In this document: positions 18,417-27,177 of the stretch, in pieces
Numbering within the stretch: the stretch's first letter is position 1
Layout: each line of letters starts with the position of its first letter
Virus record (IMG/VR): IMGVR_UViG_3300035534_000081
Span: 1 to 37,335 of that record
Source of the DNA: a virus
Lineage: Duplodnaviria; Caudoviricetes
Direction: 5' to 3' (one strand)
DNA length: 37,335 bases
The notes under the pieces: generated by a model
Seen by the model: only the letters and a program-made list of their open reading frames with translations
Databases searched by the model: none
Told to the model about the DNA's origin: nothing
Made by a program: the position numbers and the translations under genes

Positions 18417-18929
18417 TCATTTTGTGCTCATTTCCTTCTCAATCTCACAAAATCCAACCTTTTTTAGCTTATTTAGCACTTCAAGCTTCATTCTTTGGAT
18501 TGTTGGTATCGAATATTCTCTGTAATCTTCCATAACCTTTCCTTTTGAATTTCTAAACATCTTTTTTTCATTTTCTATCATTCTGAAAACTATTTCTTTA
18601 TCACTAAAATCTTGAAAATATTTTAATTCCACTAACTTATATTGTCTCCAGGTCAAACAATTCAATGCACTTTCTATTTTTTCCTTTTCTAAAATCAATT
18701 CATAAACTTCCGGATATTTATCAAGTTTACTCTGGATAAATGTTTCAACTTCAGAGCTTATGTTATTTGTCTTACCTCCGGGAATTTGTGAGTAGTCAAC
18801 AGCTTTAGCTGCATAATCTTCTTCAGAAGCTATTTGATTTTTTCTAATTTTAATTTTAGACTTAAGCAAAGGATAATTCCTTAATTGGTTTTCTATCCAC
18901 TCTTTAATTTCTTGATCCATCACCCGCAA
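18417..18929 (-). CDS. Late transcriptional activator (RinA/ArpU-like)
   Basis: IENQLRNYP and IESALNCL..RQYKLVELKYF sigma-region-4-like motifs; last early gene before terS. Confidence 0.8.
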   Translation of the reverse strand: MRVMDQEIKEWIENQLRNYPLLKSKIKIRKNQIASEEDYAAKAVDYSQIPGGKTNNISSEVETFIQSKLDKYPEVYELILEKEKIESALNCLTWRQYKLVELKYFQDFSDKEIVFRMIENEKKMFRNSKGKVMEDYREYSIPTIQRMKLEVLNKLKKVGFCEIEKEMSTK

Positions 18930-19177
18930 TCACCTCTGTTAGTGCGCATTTCTATATCTGTCCCCTTATGCTTTTCTACCCAGTCGGCCTGCTCTTCCTC
19001 TAGCAGCTCCTCAATATGTTTTTCTTTATTACACCTAATGCATTTAGCTTTTTTAGTAACACTGTCTATAATCATGGTCCTGTTTCTACATTGAGGACAT
19101 AGTACCGGAACCTGTATGTGCATTTTTATTCCCTGTATGTTACATATCTCTCTAGCTATTTTTAGCAACTTATCCAC
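18920..19177 (-). CDS. Zinc-ribbon protein
   Basis: CPQC...CIRC motif. Confidence 0.65.
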   Translation of the reverse strand: MDKLLKIAREICNIQGIKMHIQVPVLCPQCRNRTMIIDSVTKKAKCIRCNKEKHIEELLEEEQADWVEKHKGTDIEMRTNRGDCG

Positions 19178-19538
19178 CTAATTTCTCTATTTTTTCTAGA
19201 TAATCAATTGCTTCATCAGCTCCAAATGCTACTTTAGTTTCCCACATTCTGTTACTCAAAGCATTTAGCCACTTTTTTTGACTATCCCTCACATCAGAAG
19301 GTTTCCCATTTTTTCTTTTAAGCTCTATTGCTATACCACCATTTGAGATGAAAATAAGTACATCAGGCACACCTTTTTTCACGCCTTGCCTTTTTAATTT
19401 AGCTCCTGTAATAGCGTTCCTGTTACCGCCGTTCGGTACATGGCACCAAAGATAACCTTTCATGTCTAAGTATTGAGCAAGCTTAACTTGCTCATCATAT
19501 TCAGTTGGATTCTCTTTTTTGCTATTCCATCTAGTCAT
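19170..19538 (-). CDS. VRR-NUC domain nuclease (Holliday-junction-resolvase-like)
   Basis: E.DEQ, HVPNGG.R, GV.KGVPD, IELK and Q..W motifs. Confidence 0.9.
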   Translation of the reverse strand: MTRWNSKKENPTEYDEQVKLAQYLDMKGYLWCHVPNGGNRNAITGAKLKRQGVKKGVPDVLIFISNGGIAIELKRKNGKPSDVRDSQKKWLNALSNRMWETKVAFGADEAIDYLEKIEKLGG

Positions 19539-19550
19539 ATTAGCTCCTTT

Positions 19551-20747
19551 CTAATCATCTTTTAGGTGTTTTGTGGTCCAATGTCTGCAATTAACTACTC
19601 TATTTATTGTGCTTGTTGATAAATTATATTTATTTCCTAATAAATTGTAGTTAGTTTCCAAGTTTTTGTATTCATTATAAATTTTAATGGCTGTTTTTTT
19701 ATCAAGTTTGCTTTTCGGGTTTTTTAGACCTTTAGCACCACCAACTTTACTAATTGGTTCTAAATTTTTTGTGAATTTATGTTTTGCTCTAGTAATCGTA
19801 TTTATTACTTGAATTGAAAAATCATACTCTTTAGCTAAATCTTTTAATTTAATATTATTATTTTTATATTTATTATAAATTCCCAACGCTTGTTTTTTAG
19901 TGACATTTTTTTCAATAGGTTTTTTGCTTTTAGTAGTCCAGTGTTGTCCTCTTGCAATATTACCTATACTGCTTTCCGAAACATCATATTTTTTAGCTAA
20001 TTCTTTATATGATATATTATTTTCTTTGTACTCTTTGAAAATTTCAACACCTGTCTTTTTATCAATTTTTGAAGCGGGATTTTTGGAGCCGCGCAGATAT
20101 TTGTTGGTTTTTATAATTGGTTCCAGGTGTTCAGTGGCAAAATGTTCGCCTCTTGTTATTCTTTGTACAGTGTCATAGCTAATATTGTTTTTTTCTGCCA
20201 GCTTAGATTTTGAGATATTTTTATTTCTATATAAATAATATATTTCTATAGCTTTATTTTTGCTAATACTATTCCAATTTTTTTCACCTTCTAATTTGGA
20301 TTTCATTCTTTTTTTAGCATCTTTTGGCATTTTGTTTCCTTTGTTAGCTTTGCTAATTTTTTCTTTAGTTTTTTTAGTATGTTGTTTTCCATAGAAATGA
20401 TTTTTTTCTCCTTTATATTTACCCTTTTTGCTTTCGCTCATTCTTTTCCTAACTTCTTTTGACCAATGTTTATTATAATTTGGGTGGTTTTCTCCAGCAA
20501 GCCCTAAAACTCCATTTTCTACCATTTCTATAGCATTTTCTTTTAATTGCGAGCGAGTGTTGTTTGTAAAACATTCAGCATTTCCGTTTTTACATGGAGG
20601 CCGAGTTTCTATTCCGTATCTTTTCATGTAAGTATATACTGTAGATTTAGCGCATCCGATTTTTTTAGCAATTGTTGGAGCTCCTAATTCAGTGCCCGGC
20701 TCACCCCAATACATCTCTTCTAATTCTTCTTTGCTTATCAATGCCAT
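19551..20747 (-). CDS. Multi-module DNA-binding protein: HTH + NUMOD3 motifs + four tandem homing-endonuclease-type HTH repeats, no visible nuclease domain
   Basis: GENHPNYNKHWS.E.RKRMSES and GEKNHFYGKQHT..TKEKIS (NUMOD3); four copies of K..A.EI..Y......LA.KY..S...I..I.RG.HW. Confidence 0.8.
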   Translation of the reverse strand: MALISKEELEEMYWGEPGTELGAPTIAKKIGCAKSTVYTYMKRYGIETRPPCKNGNAECFTNNTRSQLKENAIEMVENGVLGLAGENHPNYNKHWSKEVRKRMSESKKGKYKGEKNHFYGKQHTKKTKEKISKANKGNKMPKDAKKRMKSKLEGEKNWNSISKNKAIEIYYLYRNKNISKSKLAEKNNISYDTVQRITRGEHFATEHLEPIIKTNKYLRGSKNPASKIDKKTGVEIFKEYKENNISYKELAKKYDVSESSIGNIARGQHWTTKSKKPIEKNVTKKQALGIYNKYKNNNIKLKDLAKEYDFSIQVINTITRAKHKFTKNLEPISKVGGAKGLKNPKSKLDKKTAIKIYNEYKNLETNYNLLGNKYNLSTSTINRVVNCRHWTTKHLKDD

Positions 20748-20758
20748 ATTATCACTCC

Positions 20759-21211
20759 TTAAAAAGGCACATCGAAGTCATCTGCATCAAAGTTGTCATC
20801 AAACTGCTTCTCAAACTCTTCATCAGCAGCCTGTTTTTGCTCATTCTGAACACTTGTATTGTTTGCTTGAGTATTATTACCTTTAGAACCTTCGTTCGCA
20901 TAATCAAGAAATCTGACGTTATCTGCATTGACTTCTGGGTTGATATACTTCCTGCCGTCTTTTTCTGACTTCCTTATGTGCAGCTGGCCCTCTACTCCGA
21001 CTAATCTGCCCTTTCCTAAATGTCTAGCACAGCTTTCAGCAAGTCCTCTCCAGGTTACAATATTGATAAAGTCAACATCACGTTCACCATCGCGATTGCT
21101 ATAATTGCGTTCGCAAGCTATTCGAAAATTACAAACTGGAGTTCCATTTCCAGTATAGCGAAGTTCAGGGTCCCTAGTTAATCTTCCTATCAATACTATT
21201 CTATTAAGAAT
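20759..21211 (-). CDS. ssb: Single-stranded DNA-binding protein
   Basis: LNRIVLIGRLTRDPELRYT and KGRLVGVEG motifs; acidic tail DDFDVPF. Start may be ATT 21211. Confidence 0.95.
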   Translation of the reverse strand: MLNRIVLIGRLTRDPELRYTGNGTPVCNFRIACERNYSNRDGERDVDFINIVTWRGLAESCARHLGKGRLVGVEGQLHIRKSEKDGRKYINPEVNADNVRFLDYANEGSKGNNTQANNTSVQNEQKQAADEEFEKQFDDNFDADDFDVPF

Positions 21212-21353
21212 TATCATCATCTCCTTTGCCGGTTACCCTCTTAATTTCATTAAACATTTCTTTTGGTGTCATATTGGTTATATCTATAGTTTCTTTAACT
21301 TTTCTGCCTTTTTCTTGATAACTAACTTCCATAGTTTCTTTATTATTACTCAT
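21204..21353 (-). CDS. Small hypothetical protein (49 aa)
   Basis: My translation MSNNKETMEVSY...; overlaps both neighbours. Confidence 0.5.
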   Translation of the reverse strand: MSNNKETMEVSYQEKGRKVKETIDITNMTPKEMFNEIKRVTGKGDDDNS

Positions 21354-21498
21354 TATCTTCCCCTTTCAGCTTTTCAAGCAATTCATCAAGCTGTTCTTTT
21401 ACCTTGACATAAGCATATCTATTGTTCCCTCTAATCTTCATGAATGTCATTCTTCGACTCAAAAACTTTAAATGCTCAATTTCCTGTTCTATATTCAT
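21346..21498 (-). CDS. Small hypothetical protein (50 aa)
   Basis: GGGGAG RBS, MNIEQEIEHLKF... Confidence 0.55.
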   Translation of the reverse strand: MNIEQEIEHLKFLSRRMTFMKIRGNNRYAYVKVKEQLDELLEKLKGEDNE

Positions 21499-21501
21499 AA
21501 T

Positions 21502-21843
21502 TCACTCCCCGTTAAATTTTATATAAATTTCTTTTTTATTTATATCAAATGGAAACTTAATAAATGGTTTTTCCGGCTCAATTAAATTGCTTTTATCTCC
21601 ATCAATTCTGCCAGTTAAAACACATTTGCCACAATAACCTTGTTCTTCGCAAAGTTGAGTCCACACAGTTTCTTTATACCATGGTCTATAAGGATTAATT
21701 TCCCAAAAATCGTGATATTCTGGCGATACTGCCCAACTAACTAAATTTGCTGAACAAATACCTTTAAATCTATTTAAATAATCAAATAACCACCATCTGA
21801 ATTTTCTTCTTATTTCATTTATATATTTCATCTCGCACCACAC
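21502..21843 (-). CDS. Hypothetical protein
   Basis: In-operon ORF, Cys/Trp-rich. Confidence 0.6.
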   Translation of the reverse strand: MWCEMKYINEIRRKFRWWLFDYLNRFKGICSANLVSWAVSPEYHDFWEINPYRPWYKETVWTQLCEEQGYCGKCVLTGRIDGDKSNLIEPEKPFIKFPFDINKKEIYIKFNGE

Positions 21844-22022
21844 ACCCCACTCTCACAATCTGGATCAACTTCTCTCGGCATATCATCTGGGTTCAATTTA
21901 AGTTTTGACTCCTCAAGGTCCTCGATAATTATCTGATTAATTTTAACTATCGCTTCATCGCTCAACATGTCGTATTTCAGACATTTTTCTACTCTATTCA
22001 AAACTTCTTGTTTTTCAGTCAT
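21828..22022 (-). CDS. Hypothetical protein
   Basis: GGAGG RBS, in operon. Confidence 0.6.
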   Translation of the reverse strand: MTEKQEVLNRVEKCLKYDMLSDEAIVKINQIIIEDLEESKLKLNPDDMPREVDPDCESGVCGAR

Positions 22023-22025
22023 TAT

Positions 22026-22298
22026 TTACCCTCCCTGATTTAAGTTTAGTAACTTCTCAACATTTTCTATGTTTTCTATCGGATCTATCTGCTTCTCGCA
22101 ATTTTTGCAGTCCAGCTTGTAAATCGGCTTATCAAAAAGGCCGCACCATTCTACTGGCAAACTTAATTTCTTGTGATAGTAATAAGCACAACTCCTGTTA
22201 AGTATGCTTCTATGATAATGACAGTATTTATTCTCAAATGTGCCATTTGTGCAGCCTGGTATTTGACAAGTGTGATTAATCTGCTTATACATGATCAA
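22026..22298 (-). CDS. Cys/His-rich hypothetical protein
   Basis: C..PGC...YC..H motif, further Cys residues. Confidence 0.6.
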   Translation of the reverse strand: MIMYKQINHTCQIPGCTNGTFENKYCHYHRSILNRSCAYYYHKKLSLPVEWCGLFDKPIYKLDCKNCEKQIDPIENIENVEKLLNLNQGG

Positions 22299-22524
22299 CT
22301 AACAAAGTGCCATATAACTCCATTACTTCGCTATCCTCAAAGCTTTCTTCTCCTACTATGCTGTAGGTTAATTCATATTTTTCATTTGGCTCGATATGCT
22401 GTAACAATTCAGCAAACATCTTATCTTTGACCTTATTCTCATATATTTTGCGAAAATTCATTCTAGAATTAATAGCTTCATTGATATTATAGCTTTCTTT
22501 AGCTTTGATTATCTTTAATACCAT
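22285..22524 (-). CDS. Hypothetical protein
   Basis: GGAGGAG RBS, in operon. Confidence 0.6.
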   Translation of the reverse strand: MVLKIIKAKESYNINEAINSRMNFRKIYENKVKDKMFAELLQHIEPNEKYELTYSIVGEESFEDSEVMELYGTLLVDHV

Positions 22525-22681
22525 GATTTAACTCCTCCGCTTTCATAATCTGCACTGCATATTCTTCGCCATTTTTAAATCCCTTCCAATATTCATCCTC
22601 TAATTTTCCTGCAAAAAATACTACACACATTAACCAGCCTGCCATAAATCCCGTTCCTGCTGTAACCCAAGCTGCTAGCAT
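22499..22681 (-). CDS. Small membrane protein
   Basis: One N-terminal hydrophobic helix, Y.KGF..G motif. Confidence 0.6.
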   Translation of the reverse strand: MLAAWVTAGTGFMAGWLMCVVFFAGKLEDEYWKGFKNGEEYAVQIMKAEELNHGIKDNQS

Positions 22682-22809
22682 TAAAACGGCACCTCCTGCT
22701 CAATTAATCCTATCTCATCGCGAACTATCTCCCTGATCAGTTCCTCTAGTGCTTCAGCATCTTCACCTTTGAGACAAAATACAGCTTCAATCTTCTCTCT
22801 TATTGTCAT
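22681..22809 (-). CDS. Small hypothetical protein (42 aa)
   Basis: My translation MTIREKIEAVFCL...EVPF*; fills the operon gap with coupled ends. Confidence 0.5.
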   Translation of the reverse strand: MTIREKIEAVFCLKGEDAEALEELIREIVRDEIGLIEQEVPF

Positions 22810-23060
22810 AATTCCACTCCTTTAGCTTTTTTAATTGCTTCATCTAAGCCTTCTGAACCAATTCCTTCCCAATCCATTCTGCTCTTAGCTTTTTCAGCCG
22901 CTTCCAATAATTCAGGTGCAGCTGCTATTAATTGAGCATTAGCAATTGCTTCTGGCTTTGAAATTGAGTCAATCGGATGTGTAACCTCATAATTAATTAT
23001 GATTTCTCCATTAGGAGTTAATTTTGCTGTTTTAGCTTCAACTTCCCATTCTTCACTCAT
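22806..23060 (-). CDS. Phage protein with ANAxLIAAAPELLEA motif
   Basis: Motif commonly seen in small phage early proteins. Confidence 0.7.
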   Translation of the reverse strand: MSEEWEVEAKTAKLTPNGEIIINYEVTHPIDSISKPEAIANAQLIAAAPELLEAAEKAKSRMDWEGIGSEGLDEAIKKAKGVEL

Positions 23061-23062
23061 TG

Positions 23063-23233
23063 TTACTCCTCCAATTTAAGTTCTTTTTGAGTTTTTGCTA
23101 TAACTTTTACAACTCTAACATTATTTTTATCTAAATTTCTAGCAGCCTCAATAGCTTCTTCCTCACTATCAAATTCGCCATTCTCAATACATAACCATCC
23201 ACCAAACGCGAACCAAAATTCAACTTTATACAT
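23063..23233 (-). CDS. Small hypothetical protein (56 aa)
   Basis: My translation MYKVEFWFAFGGW...FDSEEEAIEAA. Confidence 0.55.
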   Translation of the reverse strand: MYKVEFWFAFGGWLCIENGEFDSEEEAIEAARNLDKNNVRVVKVIAKTQKELKLEE

Positions 23234-23375
23234 TATTCAACATCCTTTCTATTATCGGATCTGTTATCTTATCCATTATTTTCTCAATCCACAAAAGAAA
23301 CTTTGGTATCCTATACTTTGCCAGTTTCCTGTACTCATCAGGCTGATTAGTCTTGATTATCTGCTCTATCCTCAT
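23226..23375 (-). CDS. Small hypothetical protein
   Basis: Likely start MRIEQ at 23375 after GGAAGG. Confidence 0.5.
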   Translation of the reverse strand: MRIEQIIKTNQPDEYRKLAKYRIPKFLLWIEKIMDKITDPIIERMLNNV

Positions 23376-23490
23376 TTTCAACCTTCCTTTCTGCTTCTTC
23401 AATAATCTTTTCAATCTGGCTTGATGAAAGTATACTGTATTCTTTTTTTATTTTTTCCTCAATTTCTTTTTTATAGTCAAATTCTTTCAT
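23347..23490 (-). CDS. Small hypothetical protein (47 aa)
   Basis: AGGAGG RBS, MKEFDYKKEIEEKIK... Confidence 0.5.
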   Translation of the reverse strand: MKEFDYKKEIEEKIKKEYSILSSSQIEKIIEEAERKVENEDRADNQD

Positions 23491-23732
23491 GATGGCCTCC
23501 TAACCTTCTCATTAACTTCCAGCCTGATGAAGTTAATATCTTCTCTTAACTCAATATCTAGATCATCTAAGCAGTAACCTTCACTCTCAAGCGCTTTTTC
23601 CACTATCTTTTGTGCCTGGCTAATCCTCTTGCCTGGATTCTCCCTCTTAAAATTAATCAATAAGTAAGCTAGATCATCTTTTGTCTGCATCCCCACATTA
23701 CCGTTAACAATTAACTTTTCTGCTATGTTCAT
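23487..23732 (-). CDS. Hypothetical protein
   Basis: In operon, GGAG RBS. Confidence 0.6.
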   Translation of the reverse strand: MNIAEKLIVNGNVGMQTKDDLAYLLINFKRENPGKRISQAQKIVEKALESEGYCLDDLDIELREDINFIRLEVNEKVRRPS

Positions 23733-24210
23733 TTTTCCACTCCTTCCAGTATTGACAATCTTCTAATTTGATTTCGCAACCTTCTTTTTCAAGACATAGA
23801 TTGCAGAATTCATTTTCCACTTTTTCATCAAATATTTCTCTGTAATCTAGTATATTTTCATCGACATATTTCGCCTTAAATTCTCTCCAACTAATTCTTG
23901 CTTTAATAAAATAATAACCTGGCGCTCCTATTTTTTTTGCATATTTTCTATAAGTATTAATTGTTAGATTTTCTTCGCCACTCTCCTTTTTAGCAATTTT
24001 AGCAGCTCTTTGAGCATCTGCCATCGTTTTTATTCTATTCTTAAAAGCAAATGCTATAATCTCATTCCATCTATGACCTTTTAAAATTCTGTAAATAGGC
24101 GGAATTTCATTATCTTTATAGCTTAATTCTTTATATTTTTTCATAGTTATTTTCCCGTCTATCTTTTTCTCAGCTTTTTGAATTATTTTTATTTTTTCTT
24201 CTAGCTGCAT
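23704..24210 (-). CDS. Protein with two homing-endonuclease-associated-type repeats and a C-terminal Cys cluster
   Basis: Two T...Y......P....I.....W units; C..C...C...C tail; start likely MQLEEK. Confidence 0.55.
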   Translation of the reverse strand: MQLEEKIKIIQKAEKKIDGKITMKKYKELSYKDNEIPPIYRILKGHRWNEIIAFAFKNRIKTMADAQRAAKIAKKESGEENLTINTYRKYAKKIGAPGYYFIKARISWREFKAKYVDENILDYREIFDEKVENEFCNLCLEKEGCEIKLEDCQYWKEWKNEHSRKVNC

Positions 24211-24361
24211 TCTTTCTCCTTTCATTGCGAAATCCATACCTTTTCACACACGGGAAAAATGGGCAATATCCTTTTCCCTTATTATCCTTAATACTTGATT
24301 TGCTCTGGCCATTATCTCGAAACCATTCACAACCTTCGCAGTGACTATCACTAACCAGCAT
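24170..24361 (-). CDS. Cys-containing hypothetical protein
   Basis: CEGC...CPFFPC motif, GGAG RBS. Confidence 0.55.
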   Translation of the reverse strand: MLVSDSHCEGCEWFRDNGQSKSSIKDNKGKGYCPFFPCVKRYGFRNERRKNAARRKNKNNSKS

Positions 24362-24378
24362 AATTTCAACTCCTATAT

Positions 24379-25194
24379 TTATTTCTTGTATTTATCAAAG
24401 TCAATGAAAAAATCTTTCCACTTATAATCACAGTCTAGATCATCATTGTTTTTTGAAGCTTTTTCTAGATCCTTGACACTTTCTATACCTTTTTCCTGCC
24501 AGTCATTTAAAACTGTTCTACAGTATGCCATAGGTTTATTTGCCTTCATAGAAATTTTACAGGCATTTAAAACTACCCCTTTAGACATCTTCTCCAAAAA
24601 TGGTTCTAGTTGTTTTTGGTTTTCTTCAAAAAAAGATTCAAAGTCAAAATCGTCAATTTTCCTTTCTGACTCTGTATTTGTATTTGTATCTGTATTTGTA
24701 TTGATACCCTTTCCATACCCTTTCGATACCCCTTCAATAGGGTATATTTCTTCTTCTTTTATTTGGTCATCATAAACATTTAAAATCATTTTATAAAGAG
24801 CTTCATTTTCTACCTTATGCTTGGCAACACAGGAAACAAAGGTATTTAATAAATCTTTATCAGGTAGATTTTCTATTGTATTAATTGCGCCTTTTGCTTG
24901 TTTGGAACCTTTGACTGGATTAAATTTTAGGAAATTGTGGATAACTACCATATCAGACTCCTCTGAATAGGTTATTAATCCCCTATCTTCTAACCTATTA
25001 AGCCCCTCTGATACCCTATCGATAGGGTATCTCAAATCAGCTGCTGCATAATTAATATTAAGATAAAACCAGCCAACCATATTAGTATGAGGAGAAGTCA
25101 ACAAGTAGAAAAATATTGTTCTAAATTGATCCTCTAACTCTCTAATTGTTTTATCTTGCCAAATAACTGAAAATACTTTTGAATACTTTCTCAT
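24379..25194 (-). CDS. Replication initiator / replisome organiser with C-terminal DnaD-like domain
   Basis: IWQD....L...FFYLLT.PHTN..G winged-HTH N-terminus; Y...VLNDW..KGI.SV.D DnaD motif; internal iterons. Confidence 0.85.
   Translation of the reverse strand: MRKYSKVFSVIWQDKTIRELEDQFRTIFFYLLTSPHTNMVGWFYLNINYAAADLRYPIDRVSEGLNRLEDRGLITYSEESDMVVIHNFLKFNPVKGSKQAKGAINTIENLPDKDLLNTFVSCVAKHKVENEALYKMILNVYDDQIKEEEIYPIEGVSKGYGKGINTNTDTNTNTESERKIDDFDFESFFEENQKQLEPFLEKMSKGVVLNACKISMKANKPMAYCRTVLNDWQEKGIESVKDLEKASKNNDDLDCDYKWKDFFIDFDKYKK
24673..24745. repeat. Putative replication origin: 11-bp iterons plus hexamer tract
   Basis: GATACCCTTTC / CATACCCTTTC / GATACCCCTTC in tandem (24703-24735), an inverted copy AATAGGGTAT (24736-24745), and 5x TGTATY (24673-24702). 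Confidence 0.75.
25010..25031. repeat. Perfect 22-bp palindrome made of two iteron-like half-sites
   Basis: GATACCCTATC-GATAGGGTATC. Confidence 0.75.
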
Positions 25195-25490
25195 AAGATA
25201 CCACCAGTTTCTATCTTATTATTTTTAATGTTATTGCATTTCATACATAAAGTTTGAAGATTATCTATCTTGTCGCTTCCACCTTTAGACTCAGGCATTT
25301 TATGATCAATCTGCAATTCTTTACCGCTTTCAAAATCCCATATTGTTAATTCTCCTGTATAATTATCGGGTATAAGTTCTTCAGGTGGCCGCCATCCACA
25401 TCTCTGACAAGTAAAATTATCTCTTTCATATATCTTTTTTCTTTTTTTAATGTTTTTCTTAATTCTGTAATCTATACCCATATGTTTCAC
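25191..25490 (-). CDS. HNH endonuclease
   Basis: RDNFTCQRCG...IDHKMPESKGG....NLQTLC..CN motif. Confidence 0.9.
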   Translation of the reverse strand: MKHMGIDYRIKKNIKKRKKIYERDNFTCQRCGWRPPEELIPDNYTGELTIWDFESGKELQIDHKMPESKGGSDKIDNLQTLCMKCNNIKNNKIETGGIL

Positions 25491-26215
25491 CTGCTCCCAG
25501 CTACCTTGACCATCTTGCCTGTTATTCCCTGGATTTCTTTTTTAAAAAGCTCAGCATTTGAGTTTCTATCACTCAGATGAAGCAGCCAAATCTCTCTAAC
25601 CTTTGATAGATCATTGGCCTTAAGAAAATCTTTAACATTCTTCAAACTGAAATGACTCTTAAGTAATCTATTCTTCTGGACCATTGGCACTCTACCAGCT
25701 GCTATATTTTCATCTAATATCTTTTTGCTGTAGTTACATTCAATCATGATGTAGTTAAGATTATTAAACTTATATTTTGTGTAAAAACTATCAGTGATAT
25801 AAACCAACTTATCGCCTGTTTCTTTACTCCAGAGAAGATAATTAACAGGATCTGCAGCATCATGCTCTGCTTCAAATGATTTAATTATCCAGCTGCCAAT
25901 CTTAAAAGGATCATAAACCTTATGAGTAATAATTCTGTGATTATCCTCAGTAAATTTTTCATCAAGCAAAGCTTTCTTAGTTCCCGGACTCATATGACAG
26001 TTAATTCCTGCCCTCATAACTTCATTTAAAGCTTTGCAGTGGTCTTTATGTTCGTGTGATATCAAACAACCTTCTATCTCTGATAGCTTAAATTCAAGCC
26101 CTTCCTGCAATTTTTTATATGATATTCCGCATTCCAAGAGTAAGGGTGTCTTATAATCAGACACCCTGTAAGTATTTCCTGAGCTCCCAGAAGCTAAGGA
26201 TTTAATTTCTAGCAT
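25487..26215 (-). CDS. MBL-fold metallo-hydrolase (putative exonuclease of the recombination module)
   Basis: LASGSSGN, ISHEHKDH, HD, TD, IECNY and LLHLS motifs. Confidence 0.9.
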   Translation of the reverse strand: MLEIKSLASGSSGNTYRVSDYKTPLLLECGISYKKLQEGLEFKLSEIEGCLISHEHKDHCKALNEVMRAGINCHMSPGTKKALLDEKFTEDNHRIITHKVYDPFKIGSWIIKSFEAEHDAADPVNYLLWSKETGDKLVYITDSFYTKYKFNNLNYIMIECNYSKKILDENIAAGRVPMVQKNRLLKSHFSLKNVKDFLKANDLSKVREIWLLHLSDRNSNAELFKKEIQGITGKMVKVAGSR

Positions 26216-26217
26216 GA

Positions 26218-27177
26218 TTAAAACCCTGGTCCATCTGTTCCTGTCATATCTAACTGCTGCTGTTCTGTTTTTGCTTCTTCTTTCTCTTCCTCAGTTTCAG
26301 GCTCAGCCCCTTCTTTGGGCTCTTCAATAACTTCTGGTTCTTCCTCTTCTGCTTCAATATCAATAGTTTGGCTGTTAGCATTCTCAGCTATCTCTCTATT
26401 AGCTTCAGCTTCAACACTTCCGGTCTCTTCTTTAATTATCGATTGGGCATTAACTTTTTCTGGGTCCAAATCAATTAAATCGACCACTCTTCTCACAATT
26501 GTCTTATATCTCATTTTTTCAGGCCATTCGTTCCAGATCATATTAGTTTTAGCTTTTTTCTTAGCTTTATTGAAATCATCTTCTGTTAAAACCAAAAGCT
26601 GATTCTTAGTAGGATCATCATATTCAATATATCCAAAACCGCCTATCACAGGGCCTCTATCAAAAGGATTTTCTATTTCAAATTCATAGCCTTCAACTTC
26701 TCTTTCAAAGTTAGATTTTAATATCTTAAAATGGTCATTTTTGTGGACAAGCTCACATGTTACTTTCTTAGGTGGGTCAATGGCATATTTTTGAGCGATA
26801 TAAAGCAAGCCTTTAAATCCAGTCTGTAAATCTAAGTCATACTTTTTGTTCTTACCATTAAGATAGGGTATTACATGTATATGATTTTTCATTAAAGCAT
26901 CAAGTCCTAAATTAACTTTATGAACCGCTTCAAGTGCTAAATCCTTAACATTTACATTATCCCAAGTGTAAGGAGTCTTGCCGGTGTTGTTTTTGCTAAC
27001 TCTTCTTTCTTCAAATTCCTTCAGTGCCTGGTCCGCTTTCAAGAATAAATGCTGGGCCAACTTCTTCTGATGATCAGAGAAAACTATATCATTACCCATT
27101 TCCTGTCCGAACTGTCTTTCTACCTCACCAACAAATCTAACTGATACCGCTGTGTTTTTCTTCTTATCTTCACTCAT
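26218..27177 (-). CDS. recT: RecT-family single-strand annealing recombinase
   Basis: LGLD...IPY...Q.GFKGL, V..ND.F, RG.VIG and W......M..KT..RR motifs. Confidence 0.85.
   Translation of the reverse strand: MSEDKKKNTAVSVRFVGEVERQFGQEMGNDIVFSDHQKKLAQHLFLKADQALKEFEERRVSKNNTGKTPYTWDNVNVKDLALEAVHKVNLGLDALMKNHIHVIPYLNGKNKKYDLDLQTGFKGLLYIAQKYAIDPPKKVTCELVHKNDHFKILKSNFEREVEGYEFEIENPFDRGPVIGGFGYIEYDDPTKNQLLVLTEDDFNKAKKKAKTNMIWNEWPEKMRYKTIVRRVVDLIDLDPEKVNAQSIIKEETGSVEAEANREIAENANSQTIDIEAEEEEPEVIEEPKEGAEPETEEEKEEAKTEQQQLDMTGTDGPGF

Noticed and set aside
19551-20747. Group I intron or active homing endonuclease
   Set aside because: Flanking genes are intact and uninterrupted, the ORF has its own RBS, and no catalytic motif was found.
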